A stretch of 64,000 nt of DNA from Convolutriloba macropyga. Its lineage: Eukaryota. The notes beneath the pieces were generated by a model that saw nothing but the letters and a program-made list of their open reading frames with translations, made no database searches and had not been told where the DNA came from. Position 1 is the first letter of the stretch; the number at the start of each line of letters is the position of its first letter. Location of the stretch: positions 38,874,001-38,938,000 of the forward strand of contig NC_134482.1 in assembly GCF_964194025.1 (NCBI RefSeq), in the 5' to 3' direction. The position numbers and the translations under genes are program-made. This document shows, piece by piece, positions 11,951 to 23,829 of this stretch.

Positions 11951-14605
11951 TACGATGTTCGTATGTTTCTTTAGTGTGTTCTCGTTTTCTTCGGTTTTTT
12001 TTTCGTTCTGACCCCAAAAACCTTAAACCATAGTCAATTAGGTCTTAAAAGACAAGCATTTTTGTGTTTGGGGTCAAAAACGAAAAAAAAATTAACTCTG
12101 ATGACTTTATTTTTAAACGCGATGTTCATATGTTTCTTTACTGTGTTCTCGTTTTCTTCTGTTTTTCTTCGTTCTGACCCCAGAAACAGTAAATCATAGT
12201 CAATTTGGTCTTGAAAAACTAGGATTTTCATTTTTGGGTTCAAAAACGAAATAAAATCAACTCTATTGTCTTTATTTTTAAATACGATGTTCATATGTTT
12301 CTATAGTGTGTTCTTGTTTTCTTTGATGTTTTTATGTTCTGAACCCAAAATCTTAAATCATATTCAATTTGGTCTTAAAAGACTAGCTTTTTTGTGTTTG
12401 GGGTCAGAAACGAAAAAAAAATCACCGCTTTTGACTTTATTTTTAAATACGATGTTCGTATGTTTCTTTAGTGTGTTCTCGTTTTCTTCGGTTTTTTTTT
12501 CGTTCTGACCCCAAAAACCTTAAACCATAGTCAATTAGGTCTTAAAAGACAAGCATTTTTGTGTTTGGGTCAAAAACGAAAAAAAAATTAACTCTGATGA
12601 CTTTATTTTAAACGCGATGTTCATATGTTTCTTTACTGTGTTCTCGTTTTCTTCTGTTTTTCTTCGTTCTGACCCCAAAAACAATAAATCATAGTCAATT
12701 TGGTCTCGAAAAACTAGGATTTTCATTTTTGGGTTCAAAAACGAAATAAAATCAACTCTATTGTCTTTAATTTTAAATACGATGTTCATATGTTTCTATA
12801 GTGTGTTCTTGTTTTCTTTGATGTTTTTATGTTCTGAACCCAAAATCTTAAATCATATTCAATTTGGTCTTAAAAGACTAGCTTTTTTGTGTTTGGGGTC
12901 AGAAACGAAAAAAAATCACCGCTTTTGACTTTATTTTGAAATAAGATGTTCGTATGTTTCCTTAGTGTGTTCTCGTTTTCTTCGGTTTTTTTTTCGTTCT
13001 GACCCCAAAAACCTTAAACAATAGTCAATTAGGTCTTAAAAGACAAGCATTTTTGTGTTTGGGGTCAAAAACGAAAAAAAATTAACTCTGATGACTTTAT
13101 TTTTAAACGCGATGTTCATATGTTTCTTTACTGTGTTCTCGTTTTCTTCTGTTTTTCTTCGTTCTGACCCCAGAAACAATAAATCATAGTCAATTTGGTC
13201 TTGAAAAACTAGGATTTTCATTTTTGGGTTCAAAAACGAAATAAAATCAACTCTATTGTCTTTATTTTTAAATACGATGTTCATATGTTTCTATAGTGTG
13301 TTCTTGTTTTCTTTGATGTTTTTATGTTCTGAACCCAAAATCTTAAATCATAATCAATCTGGTCTTAAAAGACTAGCTTTTTTGTGTTTGGGGTCAAAAA
13401 CGAAAAAAAAATCACCGCTTTTGACTTTATTTTTAAATACGATGTTCGTATGTTTCTTTAGTGTGTTCTCGTTTTGTTTGGTTTTTTTTTCGTTCTGACC
13501 CCAAACAGTTTAAATCATAACCAATTTTGTCTTAAAAGAAAAGCATTTTTGTGTTTGGGGTCAAAAACGAAAAAAAAATCAGTTCTGATGCCTTTATATT
13601 TTGAATACGATGCCTCTATTCTTCTTTTTCGTGTTCTTCTTTAGCTGTTTTTTTTTCGTTTTGACCCAAAAACCGTCTAATAATACTTTACTTGCCTTTA
13701 AAAAACGACTAATTTTTCTCTGGGTCAAAAACGAAAAAAAAAATCAGCTCTGATGCCTTTATATTTTGAATACGATGCCTCTATTTTTCTTTTTCGAGTT
13801 CTTCTTTAGCTGTTTTTTTTTCCGTTTTGACCCAAAAACCGTCTAATAATACTTTACTTGCCTTTAAAAAATGATTAATTTTTCTCTGGGTCAAAAACGA
13901 AAAAAAAACCAGTTCTGATGCCTTTATATTTTGAATACGATGCCTCTATTTTTCTTTTTCGTGTTCTTCTTTAGCTGTTTTTTTTTCGTTTTGACCCAAA
14001 AACCGTCTAATAATACTTTACTTGCCTTTAAAAAACGATTAATTTTTCTCTGGGTCAAAAACGAAAAAAAAAATCAGCTCTGATGCCTTTATATTTTGAA
14101 TACGATGCCTCTATTTTTCTTTTTCGTGTTCTTCTTTAGCTGTTTTTTTTGTTTTGACCCAAAAACCGTCTAATAATACTTTACTTGCCTTTAAAAAATG
14201 ATTAATTTTTCTCTGGGTCAAAAACGAAAAAAAAATCAGCTCTGATGCCTTTATATTTTGAATACGATGCCTCTATTTTTCTTTTTCGTGTTCTTCTTTA
14301 GCTGCTTTTTTTTCGTTTTGACCCAAAAACCGTCTAATAATACTTTACTTGCCTTTAAAAAACGACTAATTTTTCTCTGGGTCAAAAACGAAAAAAAAAT
14401 CAGCTCTGATGCCTTTATATTTTGAATACGATGCCTCTATTTTTCTTTTTCCTGTTCTTCTTTAGCCGTTTTTTTTGTTTTGACCCAAAAACCGTCTAAT
14501 AATACTTTACTTGCCTTTAAAAAATGATTAATTTTTCTCTGGGTCAAAAACGAAAAAAAAATCAGCTCTGATGCCTTTATATTTTGAATACGATGCCTCT
14601 ATTTT
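11950..14605. repeat. Tandem satellite, ~165 bp monomer, ~16 copies, each monomer with an internal inverted repeat; two subfamilies
   Basis: TACGATG-type anchor at 11951, ~12118, 12283, 12448 ... 13606, 13771, 13936, 14101, 14263, 14427, 14589. Arms TTTTTTCGTT(C/T)TGACCC and GGGTCAAAAACGAAAAAA occur in each unit. 11950-13600 is a ~496 bp trimer HOR; 13600-14605 is a homogeneous second variant. Confidence 0.95.
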
Positions 14606-14774
14606 TTTATGTCTTTAATTTAAAAAAATTATGTCTTTAAATTTTGTCGGTGTTTTTATACTTTTTGGTCGCTTGCGGCCAATTCAGTGTTGTAGTACTC
14701 TTTTTTAACTGAGTATAGGAAAACAGCTTTTGTTGCTTTTTTGAGGTCCTGTTGATTTTTTTTGCAAGGTCTGC

Positions 14775-15240
14775 CGGCCATTTTTGACGTTTTTTCGATC
14801 AGTTTTGACCTTTTTTTCGGCTATTTTTGACCTTTTTTTCGGCCATTTTTGACGTTTTTTCGATCAGTTTTGACCTTTTTTTCGGCTATTTTTGACATTT
14901 TTTTCGGCCATTTTGGACGTTTTTTCGATCAGTTTTGACCTTTTTTTCGCCTATTTTTGACCTTTTTTTCGGCCATTTTTGACGTTTTTTCGATCAGTTT
15001 TGACCTTTTTTTCGGCTATTTTTGACCTTTTTTTCGGCCATTTTTGACGTTTTTTCGATCAGTTTTGACCTTTTTTTCGGCTATTTTTGACCTTTTTTTC
15101 GGCCATTTTCGACGTTTTTTCGATCAGTTTTGACCTTTTTTTTTCGGCTATTTTTGACCTTTTTTTCGGCCATTTTTGACGTTTTTTCGATCAGTTTTGA
15201 CCTTTTTTTCGGCTATTTTTGACCTTTTTTTCGGCCATTT
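14775..15240. repeat. 65 bp minisatellite (three ~21-22 bp subunits), ~7 copies
   Basis: GGCCATTT recurs at ~65 bp spacing from 14776 to 15233. Confidence 0.95.
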
Positions 15241-15242
15241 GA

Positions 15243-15475
15243 GACTGGATTAAGACTTGGCAAGTCTTGGCCAAGACTTGGATTAAGACTTGCCAAGTCT
15301 TGGCCAAGACTTGGGTTAAGACTTGGCAAGTCTTGGCCAAGACTTGGATTAAGACTTGGCAAGTCTTGGCCAAGACTTGGATTAAGACTTGGCAAGTCTT
15401 GGCCAAGACTTGGATTAAGACTTGCCAAGTCTTGGCCAAGACTTGGATTAAGACTTGCCAAGTCTTGGCCAAGTC
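15243..15475. repeat. 33 bp palindromic minisatellite, ~7 copies
   Basis: Unit GACTTGGATTAAGACTTG(G/C)CAAGTCTTGGCCAA; the array contains the perfect palindrome CAAGTCTTGGCCAAGACTTG. Confidence 0.95.
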
Positions 15476-15875
15476 TGACAAGTCTTAAATGTGTTATGAT
15501 CATAGCTCTGAATCAGTACTGATACCTAGACTTGCAATTAGACTTGCCCAGTACTGATATTGACTTGGCGTTAAGTACGGGACTGTAACAAAGACAAATG
15601 GTGAATATTCTTTGTCGGTATAACTTTCAATAAAACGTTCAATAAATGAAAATCAAAATTGAACGAGTCAATTTTGTATTTATAATTTTAGCTGGCTGTT
15701 TTTCATTTCAGCTGGAGGTTGGAAAACAAAATTGAAATGCAAATTCAGATTCTGCTTCAATTTTTCTGTTTAACCATGAATCATTGAAATAGTGAAAAAA
15801 TGTTACATTGATCCTTTAAAAAAAGGAAATGAAACTATTTCTCTGGTAATTGATCCAACGTCATCAAACTCAAAC

Positions 15876-16071
15876 CTTGTACGAGAACCATTTCGGCATC
15901 TTTGTTCACTGCTAAACAATCCTGTTTTGTCTTTTCCAGTCCCTCTGCATTGCGACCATTGAGACAGAGTTTTGTGATTCCCTTTTCCACAAATTTCACA
16001 GCCGTCTCTTGTCCTATCCCAGAACTAGCTCCAGTTATTATCAGCACTTTCTCATCAGAGAACAGTTTCAT
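15876..16071 (-). CDS. SDR paralog A, exon 1 only (downstream exons not found in window)
   Basis: MKLFSDEKVLIITGASSGIGQETA...VLVQ G|GTTTGA; TGxxxGIG Rossmann motif; 196 nt like the other exon 1 copies; frame intact. Confidence 0.8.
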
Positions 16072-19000
16072 GATTATTTTTCTAACTCTAACAATCAATA
16101 AAATTTAAATTGAGGCGTGATAGTTTGTGTGATTATGAAACAAAAATTTGAGAGAAAAGTCAACAAGTTATTAGGTTGAATTATAGGGTCAGTTTGTTCA
16201 AAACTTTAATGTTATAAATCGGTAAACTGAAGGTTTATAACTGTAAATGTTCAAAACGTAATCTTAAAGCCACAAACTTTGCAAACATCGATCAACTTTT
16301 GTTGGTTGAGTAAATATCACAATATCTTTTCAGGCGGAGTTTTTGGATGCAGGCAACACAGCAATTATTCTTCAGATAAGAACAGGAACTCCCCTTTTGT
16401 ATATTCGAATTATGTCCAAGGCCTAAGTCGAAATCGACGACAAATTTGGTTTCAAAATTTAAAAACAAAATTTTGTTGACATGGATTGTCATCTCATTCA
16501 TAACCCAGGTTGCCCATTTTACTTAGAACTTTGAAAAATAAGAATGAAAACTTATACTTATACTAAGTATCAAAGTAATTAGTACTTTTATAATAACTAG
16601 TGAAGATACTTATGCGTAGAAAACGTCCAAAACTTAGTAAGTCTCTATGTATAAAGTCTTGCCATGATTTCAACGGAACCGTACCCAAAAATGTTACGTT
16701 CTGGTTTTCAAAATATGACCTCATAAAATCAATATTAAAAATAAGGTTCAATTCAATTGAGTTATATTTTCATAATTTTTTACCAGCTAGCTTTTTTTAA
16801 CAATAAGGAAACAAAATGTATCATAGCATTTGTGGTGACGTCACAACATTAAAAGATCGAAAGAGATTAGATCGAAAACATTAAGATTGTGAGAGTAAAG
16901 CAAAAATATATATTTTTTGTTGCTTATTATTGCAATTTATTGCAAGCTTAAACATAAGATTATAGCGTATGGCCTAACGAGCAATAGCTATACCGCAGCA
17001 GCTTGTGGAATTTGATATGAATCTATTGAAACGGAACATATTGCCACGACCGAATATGTTTTGCGCCCAATCTGCGCCTTGAATAAATTTGTTTTCGATC
17101 TGTTGTCCAAATTTTCCTTTTCGATCTGCTTTCTTTTGATCTTCGTCATCACTGCACCATCATTTAAAAATTCTACTTTTTTATTTGAAATGTTTGCACC
17201 ATTTGCCTGTTTGTCGACAAAAGCGCCATTGACCCTTGATCGACGCAATGATACCCAAATTTGGGTCCCAGCTTGAATCAAATATGTCCAGACGAAAAAT
17301 GAGGGCTTCGTGCGCTCAAAATGACATAGTATAGAAACATCGAAAAAAGCACAAAAATCTCTGGCCCTTTGATATGTACGCCCGAAAGTCTGAAAAACTT
17401 GCGAAAGTCTGACATGAACGCACGAAAATCTAAAATGTTCTTGTGCTCATAATTAGACTTTCGTCTGTTTATGTCCAAACTTAGGTGCATTCATGGTCAA
17501 ATTGTAGTGCGTTCATGTCTTTAATTAAGTGCATTCATGTTCATGTACGCACCAAAAAAAACTTAACTTTTTGGGGCTTGCAAGTATCCATTATAGATGA
17601 GAAAAAGAAGTTACTTTTTTAAAAAATTTGTTCTAGATTTCTGAAACTAACATAAACATATAGCATCACGTCAAACTCATCAAACGGACACAAAACAAAA
17701 AGGCACCGATCGAGAAAGCATTAGACACAATATGCAGTAGAGAAACGCAAAACCGCCCAATTTTATTTACGTGTTTTGAAAAAAAATACAGGAAAATTAC
17801 AAAAATCTAAGTCTTGCTCCTAGACAAGATAGACTAATTTTTTTGTTGACTTCATTTTCATTGTGAAACTTCTATACAAAAACAAATATCTAGGCGCACA
17901 AAAGTTTGGACATTATTGCACAAAACTCTGATGATAGCATGAAATTCTGGGCATAAATTCATCCCGTCTTGTTATAGACACTTGCTGTCCGGTATGGTCT
18001 TTAAATACTTGCTTCCGTATGGGGCCTCAACGTGGTTATAGTTTAGAAAAAGATCAAACCTGTCCGCGACTCGTGCTGAAAACAGTCTCAAAAAGGAGGA
18101 CGCCCTCCCATTGGCTCGATTACTTCAAACATAAAAATTTAAGCCCTGCATTCAAAAGTCGACTCTGACATCTAGAAAAAACACGCAATAGAGCACTGAG
18201 AAATGTTTGATTTGTAAAACTCTATCAAAAGTTCAACTCAATTTCTTTTAACAATTGTTGTTTGCGTTAAAAGACATAAAAATATTTTGACTGGCAGAAG
18301 TTTCAGAAAAATTCTCAATTTTTTTTTACCTTGCGCAGTGTATTTACAATCTCAAAATTTTCAAACTTTTGTTATTAAGGAAACACACAACTTACTTATT
18401 ATTTTCAGTGGTTGGCACAAGCTCTGTTTTCATAAGGTATCCTTGATGCACACTTTTTTAAAACTTTCTTTATATGTATAATCTACGAAATTATAGCCCC
18501 CACCCTAATGATATATTTACAGTAATTGGTGGGGAGGGAGTTGAGGTTAACTTTATATGATCACAGAACAGTGGTTTTATATTTAACGATCCCTTAAAAT
18601 AAAAGGACGGGGCTCCACATGCTAAAAATCAAGTGTCGATTTCTAGAACAGTCGACAACAGGCGCTTTTATATTAATGACTGGTACCAACCAATTTTAAT
18701 TTGCACTGTTAGCTACCAAGTCTAGTTTTACACCATAGCAGCTGAGCAGTTTAGGATCTTTTTTCGTTTGGCCCCAGATATACAGAGCACCTGCTGTTAG
18801 ATATTAAGACAATAAGAAATATATTTTATCGTGCTGTAGGGGGCTCAGGTAGTACTAAAAAAAACAAGCTTGCAGTTTATCAAGCTAATAGAGTTCATAC
18901 GCCATGAGAGCTTTGGTGCAGCGGACAGACCGTGGTTCTCGTTTCATGATTGACCATACGGATTGACCATACAATCTAATAAAGTGATTGACCATACGGA

Positions 19001-20320
19001 TCTATTCTGTTTCTGTTCCCCCCCCCCCCCAGCTTAGTGGGCTTATATTTTTTTTGCGCCCCCAGGCGCACGTGCTATTTTTTACATGGTAACGTGCTAT
19101 ATAACAATAGATAAATTGTAACTGTGATAAAACACTGGGCGAAAACAGAATAGTTCCGATCATACACACAAACTCGGTCCAAGTGGACGTTTGTAATTCT
19201 ATCAAAAATCACAATAGTCGGTCAAGCAAAAAATGGATGAAGAAAATTTCTAGTTTCTTCATTCCGTTATAAGCCTGAGGATCACACTTGAGACCAAATG
19301 GCTAAACATTTTTTTAACATTTTTTTGAGACCAACTGAAAATAAAGTAAAGTTTTTACTTTCTTTTATTCTTGAATTAATTTCGAAGAAATGGGCTTTTT
19401 AACTACAGTGAAAGAAATCTTACATAAGGCGTCCAATTCTTTAAACTTTTGACAATGAATTATGATATTTGAATGCATAAAATTAAATGCATGTTCTAGT
19501 AAGCTTAACGGAATAAAGCCATGACCTCAATTTCTCAGATTTAAAATACTCGAAGCAAAATTATTCTTCACAAGAGTTTCTGTGAGCTTCTTTTCGATGT
19601 CCCCCTTGGAATTTTTTTATACTAATTTGAAAAATAATAAATTAATTTATTAAAAAGTAATAGACCGATCAAAAATTTACTGACCGATGGTTTTCAAGAT
19701 CTGCTATCACTTTTTAGGTATTATTCATGTTTCAGAAGTCTCAAGGGAAAACATTGAAATTGATGAAATTTATTTGATTTGTCTTTAATTTTTTTGTGCC
19801 CTTTCAATGGCAAGTGTCATTGCCCAAATAGAATAACTCAATATTTTGGTTTTTCCCATGAAAGATTTGTTTTAATTATCAACTCGTTCTTATAAGTCTT
19901 ACTGTCCATAACTGTTCTTCCGATTTGACTTATACATTTGTAAAGGGGGGAATGGTGATGAAATATTGACCTTTTCATAAAGAATATGATGAGATTCTGC
20001 ATTTGTCCTTAAAATTCAACAAAAAATTGCCACAATGTTTAATAACAATCAAGTGCGGTCTAAAACGATAAATGTTTAAAAATTCTCAAAATTAGTCATT
20101 CCTCTACAAATTTGACAATTTGTGTTCTCTATGTTGACAGATTTGGCGGGGGTCTATAATGGGAAAAGTACTGAATTTTATATCAATTTATGATGTGTAG
20201 AAAAGATTCTGGATACGTTTTTTCTGAGTTAATCTAAGGTGTACTTCAGAGAAGTTCGAAGTTTTTTCCTTTGCGACAATGATTGAAGTTTATCTGCTCA
20301 TCCATCTTGCTCTTTAGTTT

Positions 20321-20541
20321 TTACTGCCAGACGTTTCTGCATGCTAGACCTCCATCTTGTAAAACCGAAGAACCGTTCAGGAAATTCGCTTCATCGGATG
20401 CTAAGAATACAACCAACTTAGCCACATCTTCCCCGGTTCCGTTTCTCCCCAATGGAGTTAGTTTCCTAAGATTATCCCAATATGGCTCCACGACTTCTTT
20501 TGGAAGACCCATCCTCTCAACGAAATTTGTCTCAACGACTC
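20321..20541 (-). CDS. SDR paralog B, exon 3 (last); whole gene 36788-20321, 261 aa classical SDR oxidoreductase
   Basis: aaag|GA GTC GTT GAG ACA: (G)VVETNF...TPLGRNGTGEDVAKLVVFLASDEANFLNGSSVLQDGG...stop; 221 nt in all three paralogs. Confidence 0.9.
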
Positions 20542-20579
20542 CTTTGAGTATTTTTAACAGACAAGCAATTATTGACGAT

Positions 20580-20730
20580 CTACCCTAGACGAACTCCGAC
20601 GCTTATCTTGCAAGATCTTGCAAGATTCTTGCAAATGACACTTATCTTGCAAGATGCAAGATCCGGACGCCTATATTGCAAGAATCTTACAAGATCTTGC
20701 AAGATAGACGTCGAAAAATCTTAAAGAAAA
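20580..20730. mobile_element. MITE-like fragment built of TCTTGCAAGA palindromes; related patches near 36290-36350, 38160-38270 and 62260-62330
   Basis: Clustered TCTTGCAAGA palindromes; termini not resolved. Confidence 0.45.
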
Positions 20731-21451
20731 AATTGCAATTTTAAAGACCGATTAACTCAAAAATCATGTTCTCTTATGAGTTATCTTAAGACCACTCTTC
20801 AATCTTGGAGAAAAATATACTCTTATAATTTATGCTGTTTACATACTTGTCTTTGAGGTATCCATTGAAATAAAGTTCAATTTAAATTTGTAGAATGTCA
20901 ATCAGATTGAAATTTTATAAACACATCTCAAAACATATTTATGTAGACAGAACAAAAATTGGGAAAATTAATTCTGTAAAACTGAAATTTAAACAAAGCG
21001 TTAACAAAGCATATAAAAACGAAGCATAAAAGATTAATATAATGAGAACCCTGGAAGCGATCCTGAGAAGGAATACATTCTTCATGTAAGATTCTTGCAA
21101 CATTATAAATCAATCCTCTGTTATTATCTAAAGGTTGATTTTGAATACATTTCGGAAGATTCCTGCATGATCTGAAGTGACAAAGTTTTTCATCTGGATT
21201 CCTCGACTACTTTCAGAAGTCATTTAAATAATTTTTAAATCACGCTATGCGAAACATAATAGAAACTGTCAGTAATGAATGTACTGAAACAAACTACAGA
21301 AGTACAATTTTTCGCTGTAACGTTTAAAAAACGTACTTGTACAGTTTTTCAAAAAAGAACAAAAAAAACTTGAAACAACCGAGCTAAACAAAAAACAGAC
21401 AATGTTGCTCAGCAAAGAAAATTGAAACAAAAATTGCTTGTCAAAATTTCC

Positions 21452-21820
21452 CTGGGCTAATACTGTTAGCCCGAATCCCATTTTTTCCTTCTTCAATTGT
21501 AATACACCGTGTGAACATATCCAAGGCTGCCTTGCTCATACAGTAGAACGCGTGATTCGGTACCGGGTTTGTAGCAAGAACCGAGGAATTGTTCACAATA
21601 TTCCCTTTAGTTAGTCTCAAATACGGAATGCAAAGTTTGGTCAATTTGACAGCCATTTTGAGATTGATGTCAAAAACTGTTTCGTAAGAATCCATCGAGG
21701 GGTCAACAAGAGGTGCCCCGACTGACATTCCAGCATTGTTGAACAAAATGTCGATTTGTCCAAATTTATCGATAGTTTCTTTCACTATGTTTTCACACAC
21801 ACCGTCTGCTTGTAGATCAC
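21452..21820 (-). CDS. SDR paralog B, exon 2
   Basis: ttctgttcag|GT GAT CTA: (G)DLQADGVCE...ILFNNAG...NNSS...YCMSK...RANSISP(G); catalytic N-S-Y-K motifs; 369 nt; followed by a GG donor. Confidence 0.92.
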
Positions 21821-22586
21821 CTGAACAGAAAAATTGGCAAACATCTATAAGACGATTTAAAAGAATTTTATTTCAATATCAAAATGAAATTGCGTTTCAA
21901 TTATAAATTGAAAAATAGAAATGTTGAGTATCATTTGTGAGATTTGATGTTTTTGAGGACAACTTTTGCTTGTTTCGGGAGGAATCAATTGGCAAATATG
22001 AGATAATAATCTTTTTGCCGACAATTTTTGACAGTAAAGCTTCAGAAAGTAAATTGGAGAATTTTAGTTTTTTTGTTTGTTTAAAGGTTAATGAAACTGA
22101 ATTTTAAAAATTTTTGCCCCTTGCTAGATAGACATAGATCTAGACTTACTATAAAAATCTTAAAATCTGAAGAAAAAGAAAGGTTGCAGTACACAAAACT
22201 TTTTAATGATGTGGTATGTCTTAGTTCTACAATATTCTGCATGCACTAAACTGAACATTTTGATGACAGAACATTTATTAAGCTGTAATAACAAAAACCA
22301 AAACAATTTGTAGATGCAGTAGTTCATAAACAAATAGATTTAAGTGAAAAAGTTGTCGTCAAAATAAATTTTTGTTGTTCAATAAAACGTGATGCTGACA
22401 CTTAAATTGTTTATCTCTGATTGGTCATAAAAAGTTTTTTAACAGCAAGCTCAAATTTTCTTAGAAAATGTCATAGTCAGTAGTGGTCGGTTCGTACATT
22501 GGTAGATAATTAAAGCATCCTAATGCATCTCTTAGTAATACGGGCCGTAATTTTGACTACCAGCAGAGATAAATAAATATAAGAAA

Positions 22587-22920
22587 CCCGGGTCCAGCTT
22601 TTGTCAAAAAATAATGTAAGATTAGCGGTGAATAGCGCTGAAAAAAACTTTCTTTTATCTTTTAGCGTTAAGTGCGGTGAAAGCTGTAAATCTTTTTAGC
22701 ATTTGGGATTTTTAGCGGTGAAAATTTTTTTTTCACCGCATTCTGTTGGTACCGATGAAATTTTTTTTTTCACCGCTTAAGCGGTGAAAAAAAATTCACC
22801 GCTTGAATATTTTTTTTTCTACGCATTCATCGCGTTGAGCGCAAATCTTACATTTTTACTCAAATTCACCGCAAATCTTACATCTTTTAGCGATTTTTAG
22901 CGGTGACACCTCGACCCGGG
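22587..22920. mobile_element. MITE-like element with short TIRs and internal CACCGC/GCGGTG inverted motifs
   Basis: Left end CCCGGGTCCAG, right end CTCGACCCGGG; many internal inverted GCGGTGAA/TTCACCGC motifs. Confidence 0.65.
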
Positions 22921-23829
22921 AAAAAACTATTACTGTTAGCTGGGTCCCTTATTTTTTTGTTATACTTACCTGCAAAAAGGCTATTGTAATTTTGTATTGT
23001 AAAGATGCTAATAACGTTAAATCAGGCGGTTGCTCGAGCAATGTATGTTTTGAAAGGTTCAACAGAACGTCAGTGTTGACTAATTTTTCCTTTGTACATT
23101 TTGAACCAATCAGAAAAAGGCAAAATATTTGGAAGTTACACTTTTTTAATTGCAGAAGGTTATGAAGTCAAAAATATGTGGGTTGATGAAATGGACGCAT
23201 TCATTTCTGATTTTGAGAAATTTAATTGTATGTGTTCTAACACAAGTTGTTCAAAAGAAAATAAAAATTATTTAATCGAATTATTACGAATTGTCGGAGC
23301 ATTCAATTGGCCTGAATCATTAAATGAGTAGCACATACTTATTCTTGCCCCACTCTTGCTTTTGAGATTCCTGCTATGCAATAGCACAAAACTCTTTTGT
23401 GGTTTTATAAAAATTTGATTTACTGGAGCACACAAAATAATTTCATCTGTTTTCGATTGATGTTACTCACAAAAATCAGATTTCAATTATTGCATGAAAT
23501 TTTTCCTGTCAAAAACAGTTTATTTTTCAAATAAATTATTATTTGTATTGTTCGATATATTAATTAAGGGCAATTCCTAAGGTTTCTTGAAATTCTTTCA
23601 AATTTAACCTGTTATTATTTTTGTGTTTCAATTTAATGAAATAAGTAGCAATTTAGAATTGCAGAAAAAAATGATTTGAAAATAATGTGGGAAAAAATGT
23701 TCTTGATATGATGCTTCTTGAACAGATGCGCAGCGTCAAACCATCATTTGCAATGAAAAAAAAACTAACATACGGAAGAGCTTTTCTTTCTAGAATTTTT
23801 ACACAATTTTTGTTTCAAAAATTGCATAA

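Noticed and set aside
9890-13498. Long ORFs through the gaps, low-complexity tracts and the 165 bp array
   Set aside because: Artefacts of N runs, triplet repeats and tandem units.
15191-15503. Repetitive ORFs (LAKTWQVLIQV)n and (SLGQDLPSLNP)n
   Set aside because: A by-product of a stop-free 33 bp palindromic unit that is open on both strands.
16988-17281. 97 aa ORF MIQAGTQIW...
   Set aside because: No recognisable motif or supported splice structure; lies beside repeat-derived DNA.
18905-18950. tRNA or tRNA-SINE head (TGGTGCAGCGG A-box-like)
   Set aside because: No B-box or cloverleaf could be built.
21453-21470. Canonical GT donor A|GTATTA upstream of the SPG motif (also A|GTATCA in paralog C)
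   Set aside because: In frame, but it deletes the conserved ISPG residues and has no in-phase equivalent in paralog D. It is disfavoured, though only transcripts can exclude it.
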